NCBI RefSeq assembly: GCF_031769215.1
Contig: NW_026781889.1
Span: forward strand, 1,550,001 to 1,614,000
Length of the DNA: 64,000 nucleotides
Direction: 5' to 3'
Source: Ylistrum balloti
Taxonomy: Eukaryota
The notes under the pieces are model-generated. The model ran no database searches and was not told the origin of the DNA. It was given only the letters and a program-made list of their open reading frames with translations. The position numbers and the translations under genes are program-made. This document shows positions 23,640 through 37,692 of this stretch, one piece after another (positions within the stretch are counted from its first letter, which is position 1; each line of letters starts with the position of its first letter).

Positions 23640-23751
23640 GCTTGACACGGAAGTGAAAATTGATGAAGAGCAGACGGAATGAGGATGGAAATAATTCCCG
23701 AGGCGAGAATGTCGACTTCATGGCGATTTAGCAAAGGTTAAATCCAGAAAG
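23640..23751 (+). promoter_or_regulatory. Candidate promoter / non-coding first exon of the PH-PDZ gene
   Basis: Local CpG enrichment, ETS-type CGGAAGTG at 23648-23655, donor AAG|GTAAAT at 23752. Linkage to exon 37536 is inferred and needs transcripts. Confidence 0.35.
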
Positions 23752-25019
23752 GTAAATATATGCGATTGCAGATCAAATCCAGAAAGTTTTATTTTCATTA
23801 ACAGGTGTCTTTCAGTGAAAATTCCATCACTCAAACCTGTAGACGAATAGGCCTAGGCTTACATCGCCTCTGCAACACAGGGCAGTTTCCTTGTGAAGTA
23901 GCCCTAGTGTCTTTATGACTAATGTGACTAGAAGACTACATGAGTCAGTCTCACACTGCAGAGGATTAAGATATAGTCGCCGTTAGATAATGATTACAAA
24001 CAGGTCAGTATGGTGTTGACAGCTTACGAGTCATTTCGCGCATATTCCGTTATTTTCAGTGTTTTGACCAAATTCTAAGAGAGATAACCATTTTTTTTAA
24101 ATAGCTACATTGTATATTTGTTATTGGCCAATGAGTTTAATATTTATATATATGTCACATATGCATTAATACATACAATCTGTATAAAACATGCTGCATA
24201 ATATTCAATATTAAATCTTAATTATGAATAGGAGCAGATATCCTGTTGTATAATTGACCAGTATTCGAACAGGAGACCACCTACTAAAAACATTATAACC
24301 TTGGCTGATTGGAATTCCTTGATTGGTTTACATGAGCAGGGTACAGTAAAAATATGTATGAAATCAGTTGTAGTCTATATAGGTCCTCTATTGTTATTGT
24401 AATGTTCCTCTATGGTGTAAACACCTAAGGGATTAGTACTAATATTAATACCCCACTTCCCTATCCTGACTAGGTATTAAATAGGCCTCGTTTCTGATAA
24501 CAGAACAAGGCCAGTACTAATCACTTTGGTGATGGTTTTGCAACTCTCACCTGTTGATTTGTTTCCAAAATCTAAACGAAAGCTTATCTAAAGGGTTATT
24601 TATTTATCATATTTCAGACAACAATACTCTTACGAAACAAACATATAATGGACATCTAGTTATTTAAGGAAACAAAAATTTCTGACTGTGCTCCTTCAGA
24701 AACATGCTGACAGCACAATATCAAAATGTTAATGTTTTCAGAGGGACAACATTACAACTACCAATGTACTTCCTGTTGTAAACATGAACGTGGAGAAATG
24801 AAGATTAGTCCTGCAACCAGTGAGCAGGAAGGAAAAGTGCAAATATTGTATGTGACAGTTTGAACCAGGTTGCAAAGGAGAGGTATACTTGGGCAGTTTA
24901 GAACAGGTCTCTGACTGAGTGTGAGAAATGTAGCAGTTTGGCACGGAACAGCAATGTAAAGTATAATTTCGGCAATTCAGCGGTCTCACTCACAAGATGT
25001 TAAAATTTGTCAGTAGGTT

Positions 25020-25240
25020 ACAGGATGCATAGAAATGTATGAGAGCTTAGATTGGGCTTCATGGTATACAGAAATGTATGTGGCAGTTTGGACTGGGCTT
25101 CATGGTATACAGAAATGTATGTGGCAGTTTGGACTGGGCTTCATGGTATACAGAAATGTATGTGGCAGTTTGGACTGGGCTTCAGGTTATCCAGAAATGT
25201 ATGTGACATTTTAGACTTGGCCACCAGATGTACAGAAATT
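25020..25240. repeat. 41-bp tandem repeat, about 4-5 copies
   Basis: TGGGCTTC at 25053, 25094, 25135, 25176. Confidence 0.92.
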
Positions 25241-25249
25241 ACTGGTTAA

Positions 25250-25705
25250 CTGAGATTTTATAACCCAGATTTGTTGCTGGTTATGAAGAGTCTGTATACC
25301 CAGGCTGAGGTCTATAACCCAGGTTGATTGTTGATTGCATGAAGTCTGTAAGCCCAGGTTGATTGTTGGTTATGTGAGGTCTATAATCCAGGTTAGTACC
25401 TGGTAACTTGAAATCTATAAACCCAGGTTTTTTGTTGGTTACCTGAGATCTATAAACTAGGTTGATTGCTGGTTATCTGAGATCTGTAACCCAGCTTGAT
25501 TGTTGGTTACCTGACGTTCTATAACCCAGGTTGATTGCTGGTTATGTAAGGTATATAACCCAGGTTGATTGTTGAATACTTGAGGTCGATAGTACTTGGT
25601 TGACTGCTGGTTACCTGAGATCTGTAACCCAGGTTGATTGCTGGTTACCTGAAGTCTATAAACTAGATTGTTTGCTGGTTACCTGAAGTCTACAGCTCAG
25701 GTTAA
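25250..25705. repeat. Degenerate tandem repeat of about 37 bp (CTATAACCCAGGTTGATTGCTGGTTACCTGAGAT-like)
   Basis: About 12 diverged units. Confidence 0.8.
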
Positions 25706-26179
25706 AGGCTGCTCCCTTGGTTTCTAATATGGTTCAGGTCATGCCCTTTATCTATTTAAGTTAAAACTGATAAAACCAGAGAAAAAGATGTTTAAAAATT
25801 TCTTCCAGTAGGGTTTTTTCCTTCAATAAAAATTGAAATGCAAACTTTAGTGATCAAGCTGAATTTTTGTTGGTTTTGGCTTAAGACTCTTATGAAACAT
25901 CTGTCATTGTTGTATTATATATGTTTTTTATCAGTTTTTTTACATACATGCTGTTTACAAGATCTATACAAATGTATATATGCATGCAATAGGAATTGGA
26001 CAAAAGGTGTATTGCTTATACAAGCGCACTCCTGAATACATTAACAGTACATGCACATCACTTACACAATACAGATTTATGTGTTAATTATTGACATATA
26101 GAATGTAACAGTAGTCAGAGTATCTTAATTGTTAAACAGATTAGGTATGTATATGTAACCCTGGTGAAAAAATCTAGCC

Positions 26180-26545
26180 ACATTATACTGCTCAGATAGG
26201 GAGAACATCTCTTTAGCTTGATTGGCTGAAGTCAGACTCATAAGTCTGATGTCCAGGGTTCAAATCCTAGTGGAGGCATTGAAATAGATCAAAATAGATA
26301 ATGACCTCTGTTACATTGACAGCCATTTAGGGACTCGGGAATAATACTTAGTGTTACTTTCATATGCATCGCTGTAAACCCAGGAAACTTGAGGACAAAT
26401 TATTTTCTAGAGGAAGAGAATGTAGCTGTTGTAAAAAACTGGCGACAATATACAGCTCAGATTGGGAGAACATGTACCAGGGTATCTGTTTAGCATCAGA
26501 CTAGTAAGCCAGAGGTCTGGGGTTCAAATCCTAGTTGAGGCACTG
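26180..26545 (+). mobile_element. Two tRNA-derived SINE heads / tRNA pseudogenes
   Basis: B-boxes GGTTCAAATCC at 26257 and 26521; A-box-like TAGCTTGATTGG at about 26216; the two copies are mutually homologous; no clean acceptor stems. Confidence 0.55.
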
Positions 26546-27879
26546 AAGTATATAATAACATTTCCTACATACACACTTTGTATATGCCATTTACAAAGTT
26601 TGTATGTTTGTACACCAGTTGTTTTTCATGTATATTAAAGTACATTATGCAATTAATCATCAGATTCAGTACTGCACTACAATATTATAAATACACAGAG
26701 ATCCTTTTAAAGTAATTTGCACTACATTGCTATTGTTTAAAAGCCACTTCAGATCAAATTTTATAACTTAAACCAGATACCTGTGATGTGCTTGCTCTTT
26801 TAAAGGACCCATCTTATTTTACATATGTACACATATATAAGGAAGATGAGTTTGCTAGCTTGAACCAGGAAGAGAAAAATGTGTATGGCCATAGTATATA
26901 GAAAACACTAAATGTAGTTGTACATGATGTGTCTAAGCCTCATATATTCATTTGATCACTCTCATACAGTATTGAAATTTTTTCTCTGAACTTGTTATTA
27001 TCATTATGTATTATTTTTTTTATCTGTATATTGCATGACAACATGTGACAGAGAAATTCGTTGTACAGTATATATTTCAAGCTTCTATGCACACAGTGCA
27101 TGAATTTTTTTTTTTTTAACTCTACTTAATCATGAAAGACCAGAAGAGCTGAATGTCATTACATGTTATCTGATGTCTGTGCAGTTGTAAATAACATAGA
27201 TAATATCTTGTTATCACTTAGTAACTTTCCCATTAAATGAATGATGAGATATGTCTGGGGACATCCACTAGTGGGTTGGGCAGAGTAGTCTAGTCTCTAG
27301 TTGGTCCCAAACAAAATAGACTTACATGACATTCAATATGGTTGGCATGGTAGGGGTCTTGTTATCATTATTTGCTTAAGCTACCCAGTAAGTTAAGTTT
27401 ATTTTCAGAAAAGGATGTTGAGAAATCCTCAACACCAGATTCAATTAGCAATAGTTAACAAAATCTTAAATTATTACATGTACAATGGTGACATTGCATT
27501 GCATACTGGACCTATTTCAGATTTACAATAATATTATAAGTTGAAATCTGAACAGGGAGTCATATTGTTGGGTTGATGAATCAGTTGTATAGGTAATTGA
27601 AAATTGATAAATTGCAAAAATCTGGTTGGAATCAATAATGGCAAACTCATCATCCATGGTGACTGCTTTAACTCCTTCTGGATACTCCAGTGGTAGCACT
27701 CACTATCACACTCTGCACCTCTGGAACATTTCGTGGCAAAATTTAATGTTCCATGTGTAACACCTTGTGGATAAGACAAAAATCCTTTGATGTCCAATAA
27801 ACAAATCTAGAAGTTGTGTAACAATATGTTGTGCTAGCTTTGAAGTTGGGTTTCACCCTTTTGTAAGGAGCATATCAGT

Positions 27880-28800
27880 CTGTGTTTGAACAATTTCCTA
27901 AGCTCCCCAAAAATCTTCAGGGCAGCAAGTAGTCAATGCTTTGTTTATCGATCTGTCTTTCCATCTTTCTGTCTGTCCTTTCGTGTCAGGATCCTAATTT
28001 TACCCACTGTTAAGGGTGTGTACATTGGTCATGTGCGCTGTTCCAATATTAGAGCCCGCAACCCTGCTATTACAGAGTTATTTCTCTTGTTAAAATTTTG
28101 TGATCAGAGCATAAATGTGCTTGCATTTAAACTGGGATAATGAAACTTGGTGGATGATCATACTAAGATGTGCAGTGTACCAGATTCAAGGTCAACAAGC
28201 TCTTCATTGCAGAATTATTGCCCTTTGTTAAAAATTTTGTGTTCAGATCACAACTTACTGTAAATCATTTGCATTTAAACTAGAATAAAGAAATTGGTAT
28301 ATACATAGACCATACAAAGACAATGTGCAGTATACTAATAATAGGGCATGCAACCCCTTAATTACAGAGTTATTGCCCTTTGTTAAAATTTTGTGTCAGA
28401 AGCATAACTCTGCTTGCTTTAAAATTAGGATCATGAAACCTGGTGTATACATTGGTCATCCTGAGGCAATATACAGTATGCCAAATTCAGGGCCAGTGAT
28501 TCCACAATTACAGAGTTAGAGCACTTTGCTAAATTTCATGTCCAGAGCATAACATTGCTTGCATTAACCAAATACAAATGTATCATGAAATGTGATGTTA
28601 TTGATCATACTAAGACGTTGTGCAGTGTACCAAATTAATAGTCCACAAGCTCTTAATTGCAGAGTTATTGCCTTTTGTTAAAATTTTGCATCCATATCAC
28701 AATTTTAAGTAGGATACATTGAAAATAGGATAATGAAACTTGGTGTATACATTGATCATACAAAGGCAATGTGCTATGTACCAATGTTGGGGCCTACAAT
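27880..28800. mobile_element. Helentron-associated (HINE/Pearl-like) element with about 150-bp internal tandem repeats
   Basis: AGCTCC start, TCTGTCTGTCC microsatellite, then a CAGAGTTATTGCCC-type motif recurring every 139-152 bp. Confidence 0.5.
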
Positions 28801-28932
28801 ATACATCTAGTTCTCTTGAGCTTGTCAGCGATTCCAAAGGCTGAAGTTTTGATATTAAGGAGGCAACTGAGGAAAATAAAAAGTTATTAAAAGAAATGTC
28901 AAAATCTAAACACATGTAGGTGTACAACTGAT

Positions 28933-29099
28933 NNNNNNNNNNNNNNNNNNNNNNNNNNNNNNNNNNNNNNNNNNNNNNNNNNNNNNNNNNNNNNNNNNNN
29001 NNNNNNNNNNNNNNNNNNNNNNNNNNNNNNNNNNNNNNNNNNNNNNNNNNNNNNNNNNNNNNNNNNNNNNNNNNNNNNNNNNNNNNNNNNNNNNNNNNN
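28933..29099. other. Assembly gap (167 N)
   Basis: Run of N. Confidence 1.
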
Positions 29100-30627
29100 T
29101 TCGTTCAGTAATTTGTACTTGCCTCAAATGCTGTCTTTGCTTTACAGGCTGCAATTTTTATCCTATTGTCACAATACTTTACATTCACATGTGTTCAAGA
29201 ACATCACCTCTTTTAAAAACTGGTGTTTCAATTTTCTGCAGTAAAAATTTAGGTTAATGTTACAATAGATAGAAATTGACAGAATGTTCAATGTCACCAC
29301 TCAAATGGCTGCATTTCTTTTCTTGTTGTCACAATACCTATTAAAATGCACAAGTTCACTAACATCACATAAAGTTAAGAGTTTAAGGTTCAACTGAGTC
29401 CTTTTTTGGTCAAAAACTAGGCCACCACTAAAAATAGCCATACTATAAATAGAAATTGATAGAATTCTTGAAGTAAATATTGCTCAAAGTTTGAACATTC
29501 TCATTTATGATATAAGGTAATCATTTATATATTTAACATACATTTCTCATGTACAGACTACCTGATGAAACTGGCTAAATCATTATATATTTTCCCAGTG
29601 CACTTTAAGCATTTTGTACAATTTTGGGGCACAAGGGTATTAGTATTGTCTTTGATGCCTTGTTGAAATGTATCTTGTTAATTTGTATCTTATACTTTTA
29701 GAAAATTTTCTCTTACTGTTACACAAACTGAGCAATTTTCTGTTTTATTAGTGTCATCTATTTCCTACTTAAATTCTAGTTGTTATGATACATGTCGTTA
29801 AAATGCTTCAACCTGTTCTGTCAATGACAGCATATTGTTTCCTAGTGTGTTGTTGTGGTTTATAATTTATGTGAGACAGACACTGTTGTATGCATCAATA
29901 TTGATTTAGTGGTCTAACCAGTTTGTACTCTCACCAGCTAATGGTGAAGTCTTGTCTCCTATCTGTTTCAACATTTGGGTCAAAATATGGCTGTCATTGA
30001 ACCCAGTATTTTAGAAAATGTCAAACTCATCTTAGAAAGCTTACTCTTTATAGCACACTTATGATAAAAATGATCCCTTTTTATTTCATCGAAAAAACAT
30101 ATTACTTTTAGTTCTTTAGTAATGTTAAAGTGTCATCCTGCAGTTGTTCCTGCTGCAGTTTGACCTGGATATGAAAACTGGGACATCAGAACATTTAAAT
30201 CCCTAAAATGTCATAATTCTCTTTGTTTGGTCTTATTTAAACAGTATGTAATGGCCTGCTGTTTGTATCTTTGCACATCTTCGTTTAAGGAGAGAAGTGA
30301 AAAAATCACGATTCCATTATCTTTAATTGAAGGGTACAACTAAGTGATACAGGGGTACCTAGCCTTTTATCATCATTATATACAGAGAGATTACATGGTC
30401 CCTGTTCTGGTTTAATCATTATCGCTTAAAAAGCTGATTATCTTAATGTTGACTGACATATATGTTTTTAAGACATGCTGTGTTTTGATCTGTATGTATG
30501 TATGTATAACTATGATCTTGATGTTCCAAATTGTATACCAGTATATCCAGTTGAAGAAATTCAAAACAAGCATATACAAGTCAAGGTTAAGGTTTTAATT
30601 TGGAAAACAAATAGTGAAGTGTATAGT

Positions 30628-31680
30628 TTTTAGCTCACCTAGCCCAAAAGGTCAAAGGAGCTGTATGGATACTGTGTGATTAGCCTGTCATCATCCATCT
30701 CCCATAAACTTTTCCTATAAATTGCTGCTAGTTACAAATGCCGAAGTGATTTTAACTGAATTTGTTATGTAGGATTCTTGGGGGAAGGGAAATTAATGAT
30801 ATATAAACCAAGGATCTAGGCCCCTTGGGACCAGAGGGGTGGGATCCAATAGGGAAAATCTACCAATTTCATTATAATCTAATTTGTTGACCAGGAACTG
30901 CAGAATATTGTCCATTATTGTCATATTATTGTGAAGCATGCTTGGGCGAAAGGGAATCAGTTTTGTATTTACAGTGGTTCTTTCTCTCCTGAGGCCAAAG
31001 GGGCAGTACCCAATAGGGGAAATAGAGCAAATTCTTTTAAAATATTCTTCCTTCAGGAAGTGATTGGATTTTACCCAAATTTGGTCTGAAGCATTCTTTG
31101 GTGAAGGGGAATCTATTTTGTATAAACAGTGGGTGCCAGCTACCTGGGGCAAAACAGGTGGTGTCCAATAGAGAAATAGAGCAAATCCTTAAAAGCGAAC
31201 TCCTCCTGGATGAATGATTAGACTTTTGCCTATATTTGGCCTGGAGCATTCTTTGGTAAAGAGAAAACAGTTTTGTATAAACTTAGGGATTTTGACCCTT
31301 TGAGATGGGAGGGGCAAAGTCAAATAGGGGAAACAGAACAAATTCATTAAAATTCTTTTTTTTTTTCTGTTGGACTACCTGGATGTTGTATCATATTTGG
31401 GTAAAGGAGAATCAATTTGTATAAACAGTGGATCTTGACCCCTCAGGGTGACAGGGTGTGGCCTAATAGGAAAAATAGAGTAAATTCTTTAAAATTATTA
31501 TTCTTTTGTAGGAATGCCTGGATTCTGTCTCAATATGGTCAAAGACATGCTCTGGTGAAGGTGTTCAATTTTTTTGTTTGAACAGTGGGTTCTGGCCCCT
31601 TGGAGTAGAAGGGGCAGGAGGGACATGGCCCAATACTAGAAATAGAGCAAATTCTTTAAAAGTCTTCTTCTGTTGTTAGT
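30628..31680. mobile_element. HINE-like element with about 145-165-bp internal repeats
   Basis: TTTTAGCTCACCTAGCCC start; AATAGGGAAAATAGAGC-type motif repeated six times. Confidence 0.5.
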
Positions 31681-32959
31681 TTAAATTAATCAAGTTCAGC
31701 ACACTAAACCAGATGTGTGACTGGCCAATGGATAGGGTTGGGGGAGGGGAAGTCATTAGATAAAGAGTTAATATTTCCTTTATGTGTAGCAAATCAATTA
31801 TTTCTGTCCTAGGTTTAAAATTAATGGTAATCTTAATTTAATGCTTTTTCTACTTCAGGTATACTGATATATGATTGCACTAATTGCATTTTATATATAA
31901 TAATTATTATGGATGCACAAATTTATCATTGTGCTGAATTTGCCAAAAAACAAAAAAAAATTATGTGCCTAAATTTGATTATACGAATGAACAATGCTTA
32001 CAGTATCCTCACTGTGTAAAGTAAGGCAGAAAAAAAAGGCTGAATATTGTATTTGAAGATTGATATTGATGGAGAAAACAACCACTTGACTGAATTTAGT
32101 TCAGTTGTCATATCCCCTTAACTAGAAAAAAAGTGGATGAGGACTTATAGCAGGAGCCTGGCCATGGTGTGCTTAGTAGATCAAATTATGGTATTGTTTA
32201 TAAAGGACAATTATAAAACTTCCTTTATTACACATTTGTACTATGTGAATAGGGCTGAAATGTTCTTTAACTGTTGAAATATCTTGCCCTCTTGTGCTCT
32301 GAAAGAATAATCACATGCAGATAAATGTATACAATGTAGATCAATTTGATGAAAACATTGACAAAAATGTATCACTATGATATGAAAATGTAACATATAT
32401 AAAGAATTTAGTTTTGAAGACTAAAGTAGAAAAAAGGAAGAACTATCAGTTATGATAGATATTTTTTAAATGCTCTCCCCCTTCACTTGAAAAATAGAAA
32501 AGCAGAAAAATCTGTTTTGCACTCCCTGTATCCCTATAATTCTGATGATAGCAATATAAAACATTCCTATATTAAAGTATATGGTGGGATTTATTTTAGA
32601 TACTTTGTTATTCTTTATGCTAAAGGATCAAATATTGTATCACAGGCTTGGTATAAAAACTGTACTTCTGCACAATAAAGAAATTATCCTTAGTGTCATC
32701 TCTACCAGCAACTACATATATATATAACAAAGAAATTTATATTGTTTCATATGCACATTAAGTGATGTTATCAAATTCAGAACCAATACATTTCTCCAGC
32801 AAAAAACAGGGCAAAATAGGCAGGTGTGCTTTTTACTGGACATTTATATACTACATACACAATATGTTGACATTTTTTCTGAAACTGCAGTAACTTTGGG
32901 TGAGCTTATTACTAGACATGGGCTTATTGCCAGATATATAAAATAGGATCCTTGTAATA

Positions 32960-33790
32960 TTATTATAAGCCCGTGGTTACACGTGTTGTCAGCTCGATAA
33001 CTTGAGTAGTTTTTAAGGGATCAATTTCAAACTTCATGGGAAGACTCATTACCATAAGTTGGACAACTTAGATCATCGTAATTTTCGAATTATAATCCAT
33101 GGAGTTATGTTTCCTTATTCAATTACCGAATCAGTGTCCATCTATATAGCAAGTAGTTTCCAATGGATCAGCTGCATATTGATAGAAAGGTTCAATGCCA
33201 TGACAGCATGGACAAATTAGATCACCGTAATTTTCAGATAGTAATTCATGGAGTTAGGCCCTTTATTCAATACCAAAACAGTGTCTGCACCATATCATTA
33301 ATAGCTATGACCAGACCAACTTCAGTCTTTATAGGTAGGTTCATTACCATGATTGCTCAAATAGCATCGAACACTGTAACTTTTGGACAGTAATTCACAG
33401 AGTTATAGCCCCTTATCCAATATCTTAAAGTGTCCACTCGATATCACAATTAGTTTTCAACAGATCAACTTCAAACTTCATAAGAAGATTAGTTAACATG
33501 CAAGCTCATAAAGATTTGATGATCGCCATTTTTGGACCAAAATTTAAGGAGTTATGGTCAATTATTCAATTATCGAAACTGTTCAATATCTTAATTAGTT
33601 TTCTCCAGATCAACTTCCATCGTGATAGGAAGGTTCATAATCACTCAGACAAGTTGGATGATTGCATTTTTCTGACTGTAATTCATGGAGTTATGGCCCT
33701 TGTAGATCAGACATCTGTTGCAAAATGCTACTTCAACCTATGACGGGTGTATCATGTTCTGCCTCATGGAACTCAGTTTTGGTTTTAGTT
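32960..33790. mobile_element. HINE-like element with about 150-bp internal repeats
   Basis: AATTCATGGAGTTATGGCCC-type motif repeated; ends TGACGGGTGTATCATG... Confidence 0.4.
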
Positions 33791-34552
33791 ACAAAATATT
33801 TTACAAAGTAGACAAATCGTAATCTATTCAGCCATAAAATGTATGAATGATGTTATCATTATAAAGGTACATGTATTAAAACATAAACAATTTTTCTTCT
33901 AAATTTTGTTGTTATGCTTTGCCTGCATCCTTGTCAATAATATACTTCAGATAATGAATAAATCTCATTTGATTTCCTTTAGTGATAGATCACTATTATG
34001 AAACCAGTATAGGCACATTTGGCTTTTTATTTTAAGTGTCTTTTCAAAAGGACATCTTTAGATGTGTGTGTGTATTAAAATGATACTTGTTTGTAAGGCG
34101 AGTTTATGTGTATATGCGCTATCAATTGAAATGTCACAGTGACCTTTGTGCTGGTGTAATTTGTGAAATATTTGAATTAGGATGGGTACAAATAGTGTTG
34201 CTTGCTTCATTACTGTTAGACAGAAGATGCATTTTAGTTTGATATACAACATGTGAATTCTGTCCCAAGATGGATACAAATATGCAACTTAGGTAAATAT
34301 TTAAGTGCTTTGTATTTGTGTATGCATGCTTATAGATAATGAACTTTGGTTATTGTTTGTATGCAAATGAATAAATGAGACATATTTCCATAGAAATGTA
34401 TTTACTGGCTTTAGACTTTACCTGCTAAACTTGAAAATGTAAATTAACTATGATATGTGTTTAAGTATGAGCACACTCTTGCATGTATGTTTGTTGTCTC
34501 AAGTAGTATAATTTAGATATATATGACATGTTGTGATAATGTAGAAGTAAAT

Positions 34553-34890
34553 CTATGATATTCAGGGAGGAGATGGGGCCACATGTAACCTAGACTTGAA
34601 GTAGGGAGGTGGGTTTATCATAGGGAATTTTACACTCTATGATATTCAGGGAGGAGGTGGGGTCACATGTAACCTAGACTTGAAGTAGGGAGGTGGGTTT
34701 ATCATAGGGAATTTTACACTCTATGATATTCAGGGAGGAGGTGGGGTCACATGTAACCTAGACTCAAGTAGGGAGATGGGTTTATCATAGGGAAGTGTAT
34801 ACTCTATGGTAATCAGGGAGAAGGTGGGGGTCACATGTAACCTAGACTCAAAGAACAAAGTGGGGCATATCACAGGGAAGTTTACACTCA
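34553..34890. repeat. 84-bp tandem repeat, about 4 copies
   Basis: CTATG at 34553, 34637, 34721, 34804. Confidence 0.92.
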
Positions 34891-37599
34891 CATTTCTTAC
34901 ATCATTGATAAAACTACAGTAGATGTATGTGGTTTTCATGCCAAATGTTGCCTAATTATTGGATATTAAGTACACATGTTATGGTATTGGGCTGAACACA
35001 AATGTAACTCTCTGATAACGAAATGTTTGTGCTTGAGGACACTAAAGTTTGGCATTTTTTGCTCAAAATGGAATGGATCAATTTTGATGTGTCAAATTTT
35101 GGTAGTTATCCATCCTTTGTGTTAAATTTTGGCACTTGTAGTTATATAATTGAGCTGTTAGTTTATTGTGCTTATGATAGGTTGTTACATATCAATTTCC
35201 AATTTTAGATAAGTAAATCCATACAAACATAAAGTATCCCAGTAACCCAGATACAGCTGTAATACACAGTAGAGAGGAAGTTGAAGACAAGAGGACCTGA
35301 TAAAAAATTCAATTAAAATATGGTTTGTCACTGGTTTTAACAAAAAAATCTAAAAATAGATTTGGAAGTCATGCCATGTACATAGATGTACACATTGTTG
35401 AAAAGCTTGTGGCAAATTGACAGGATTTGATCATTGATAGCCTTTAATTGAAAAGGTTTTTATTGAGAACTTAGCAGTGTTATATAAACTAAGCTTCCAT
35501 AAAGTCTTTGTATTTTTGTCTCACCTGGCTGTACAGGAAAAACATAAGTCACTGCTATACTTACCTTGTATATATATCGATCAATAGACTTACACTTGAG
35601 CACTGATATAACAATGAATATTATAAAATAGGAAATTTTATGACATATAGTTGAAAACATACCAGTATTGATGCATGATTTATCAAGTGTTTTAGACTTG
35701 ATCCAAAGTTATAATATTCCAGCACAAATAACAAGTTAGTAATTAGTATGAGGAGGGAATTTGACACTAACAGTTGACACATTTTTACTGGACGTCTAAA
35801 CCAGGAAGTTATACAATGTTGTTGCAACAACTTCTTCCATGAAATTTTGGAGTGTTTAATTTTGGTTCATTCACCAAAGTGGCAAAATGAACCAAAAAAT
35901 CAAAATATCCCAAAGTTTAGTAGCTTGCTTATAACAAAAGAAATGATATGTACATACCTGGTATATGGGACAAGTTTTGGGGGTAAGTTGTCTGATCTGA
36001 GACCCATTCAACCACTTCAAAAATAATTTTTCTTTGTATGTACACTTGTATTTTTAACAAAGTCATTTTTTTAATTCTACCTAAACATACTTATATTTTC
36101 TTCTTTTCTCTGGGTTGGACACTGATTTTATTTCTAAATTCATGCATATATGGTCATCAGCTATCATACACACTCCACTGAGATTTTCATCCGTTAGAGG
36201 TATATTTGTTCTTACCTGGATAACTTAGACCATGAGTTTATATTTAGATTAAAATACATACTGTACATATTATACCCAAACTCCACACTGCACTGGTGTA
36301 AGGTGTTGGCTGGTTGAAACACCAGAATACACCAATATGACACTTTACACTCAGAGGGACTATTTCAGAGTACCACAACACTTGACACATAATGAGTTTA
36401 TAGTAATTATCCTGTTTCATCAGCGGTCCAGTACCAGTACAGTTTACAGGTCAGGATACTTTTAAAATGTTACACTCTGTATTGCTGTCATACATGGGTT
36501 GCTCTAGTGTTTGTAGGGTTTATCACATGTCACATTTATACACAAGTTTACATGTAGTCAATATTTACCTAACGTTCCTTGTGAAAACCTCAAACTGCAG
36601 TGTTTAGTTTTAGAGTTTTCTCATTTTTTTTCCTGCAGTATTTAAGTAATACATGATTTGAGATATAAACACCGGGTAGACATTTCATGTATCAGTTTTC
36701 CCAGGACCTAACACTGTGTGAGAAGTTTTTATGAAACCTTACATGTTAGAAACAGGAAGTTAAAAACTTTTTATTTTGCTTGATATAACTTCATATAAAG
36801 TTTGTTGTATAATGTATGTCAGTCATTTCTGTTTTTACTGGATTGGACATCAGTTGTTGAGGAATACTGTCCCTAACAGTAAGTGTATAATCTTCAGTCA
36901 GCTACCTGAAAGTGTATGTGACTGAGATGTTTGATAAATTTTTTCAGATTTCTGATCCACTGTTAATCCAAAATCTGTATATGTGAAGTAAAGTTTATGT
37001 CATTCAAGTTAGAACATATACAGAATCTGTTTTCCACTTACAAATAAATGTAGTTAGAATACACTAATTGTCCGATTCAATTCATCAAAGAAATTACTAA
37101 ACAAAAAATTGTTATAGCGTGACGCAATAATCCATTTTGCTTTAGCAGTATGCAATGTCAACCCATATTATGGGATAATTTTATTATATTAAGAAAGACA
37201 TATGGACACTTGTGTGAAAATCAGTTTATCACTTGAGAAAACAAATCAGATCTGTTAAGTTACTTTTCTTGAACAAGTGAAAGATTTTAAAAAGGCAATA
37301 CATGTTTTATTGTTGAACATTCAGGTGAATTCTGCATGTGATAAAACAGGGTGGGCTTATAACAAGATATTAGAATAGAATTAGTTTGATTAATAATTTT
37401 ACTGAACAACATTAAATATAGGTGAGCTTAAGACCAGTCATTGGCTTCTTGATAGATAAATATATCACCTGGTCTAACATATTATACATTGTCAGATTCA
37501 CCAATATCAAACCCTCTAAATTTTAACTTTTGTAGATGACGTGACCAGTGCCTTATGCATCACATAAGTCCTGTGAGGAGGACCCACTGCTGACTGGCC

Positions 37600-37692
37600 A
37601 TGGAGAATATTATCAAGCAGGGCTACCTGAAGAAGGCCAAGCCTATCGCAGCAGACAGTCCACGCTCCAGCCTTTGCTCAAGTCTCCTTCAG
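37600..37692 (+). CDS. PH-PDZ gene coding exon 1 (PH beta-1)
   Basis: MENIIKQGYLKKAKP...LLQ; acceptor tgtag at 37535 (64-nt UTR part); donor CAG|GTAGAA. Confidence 0.82.

Noticed and set aside
27560-27800. Coding-looking minus-strand fragment (PLEYPEGVKAVTMDDEFAIIDSNQIFAIYQF)
   Set aside because: In-frame stops immediately upstream, no partner exons, and only a vague ART-fold-like impression; it would need a tBLASTn/HHpred hit.
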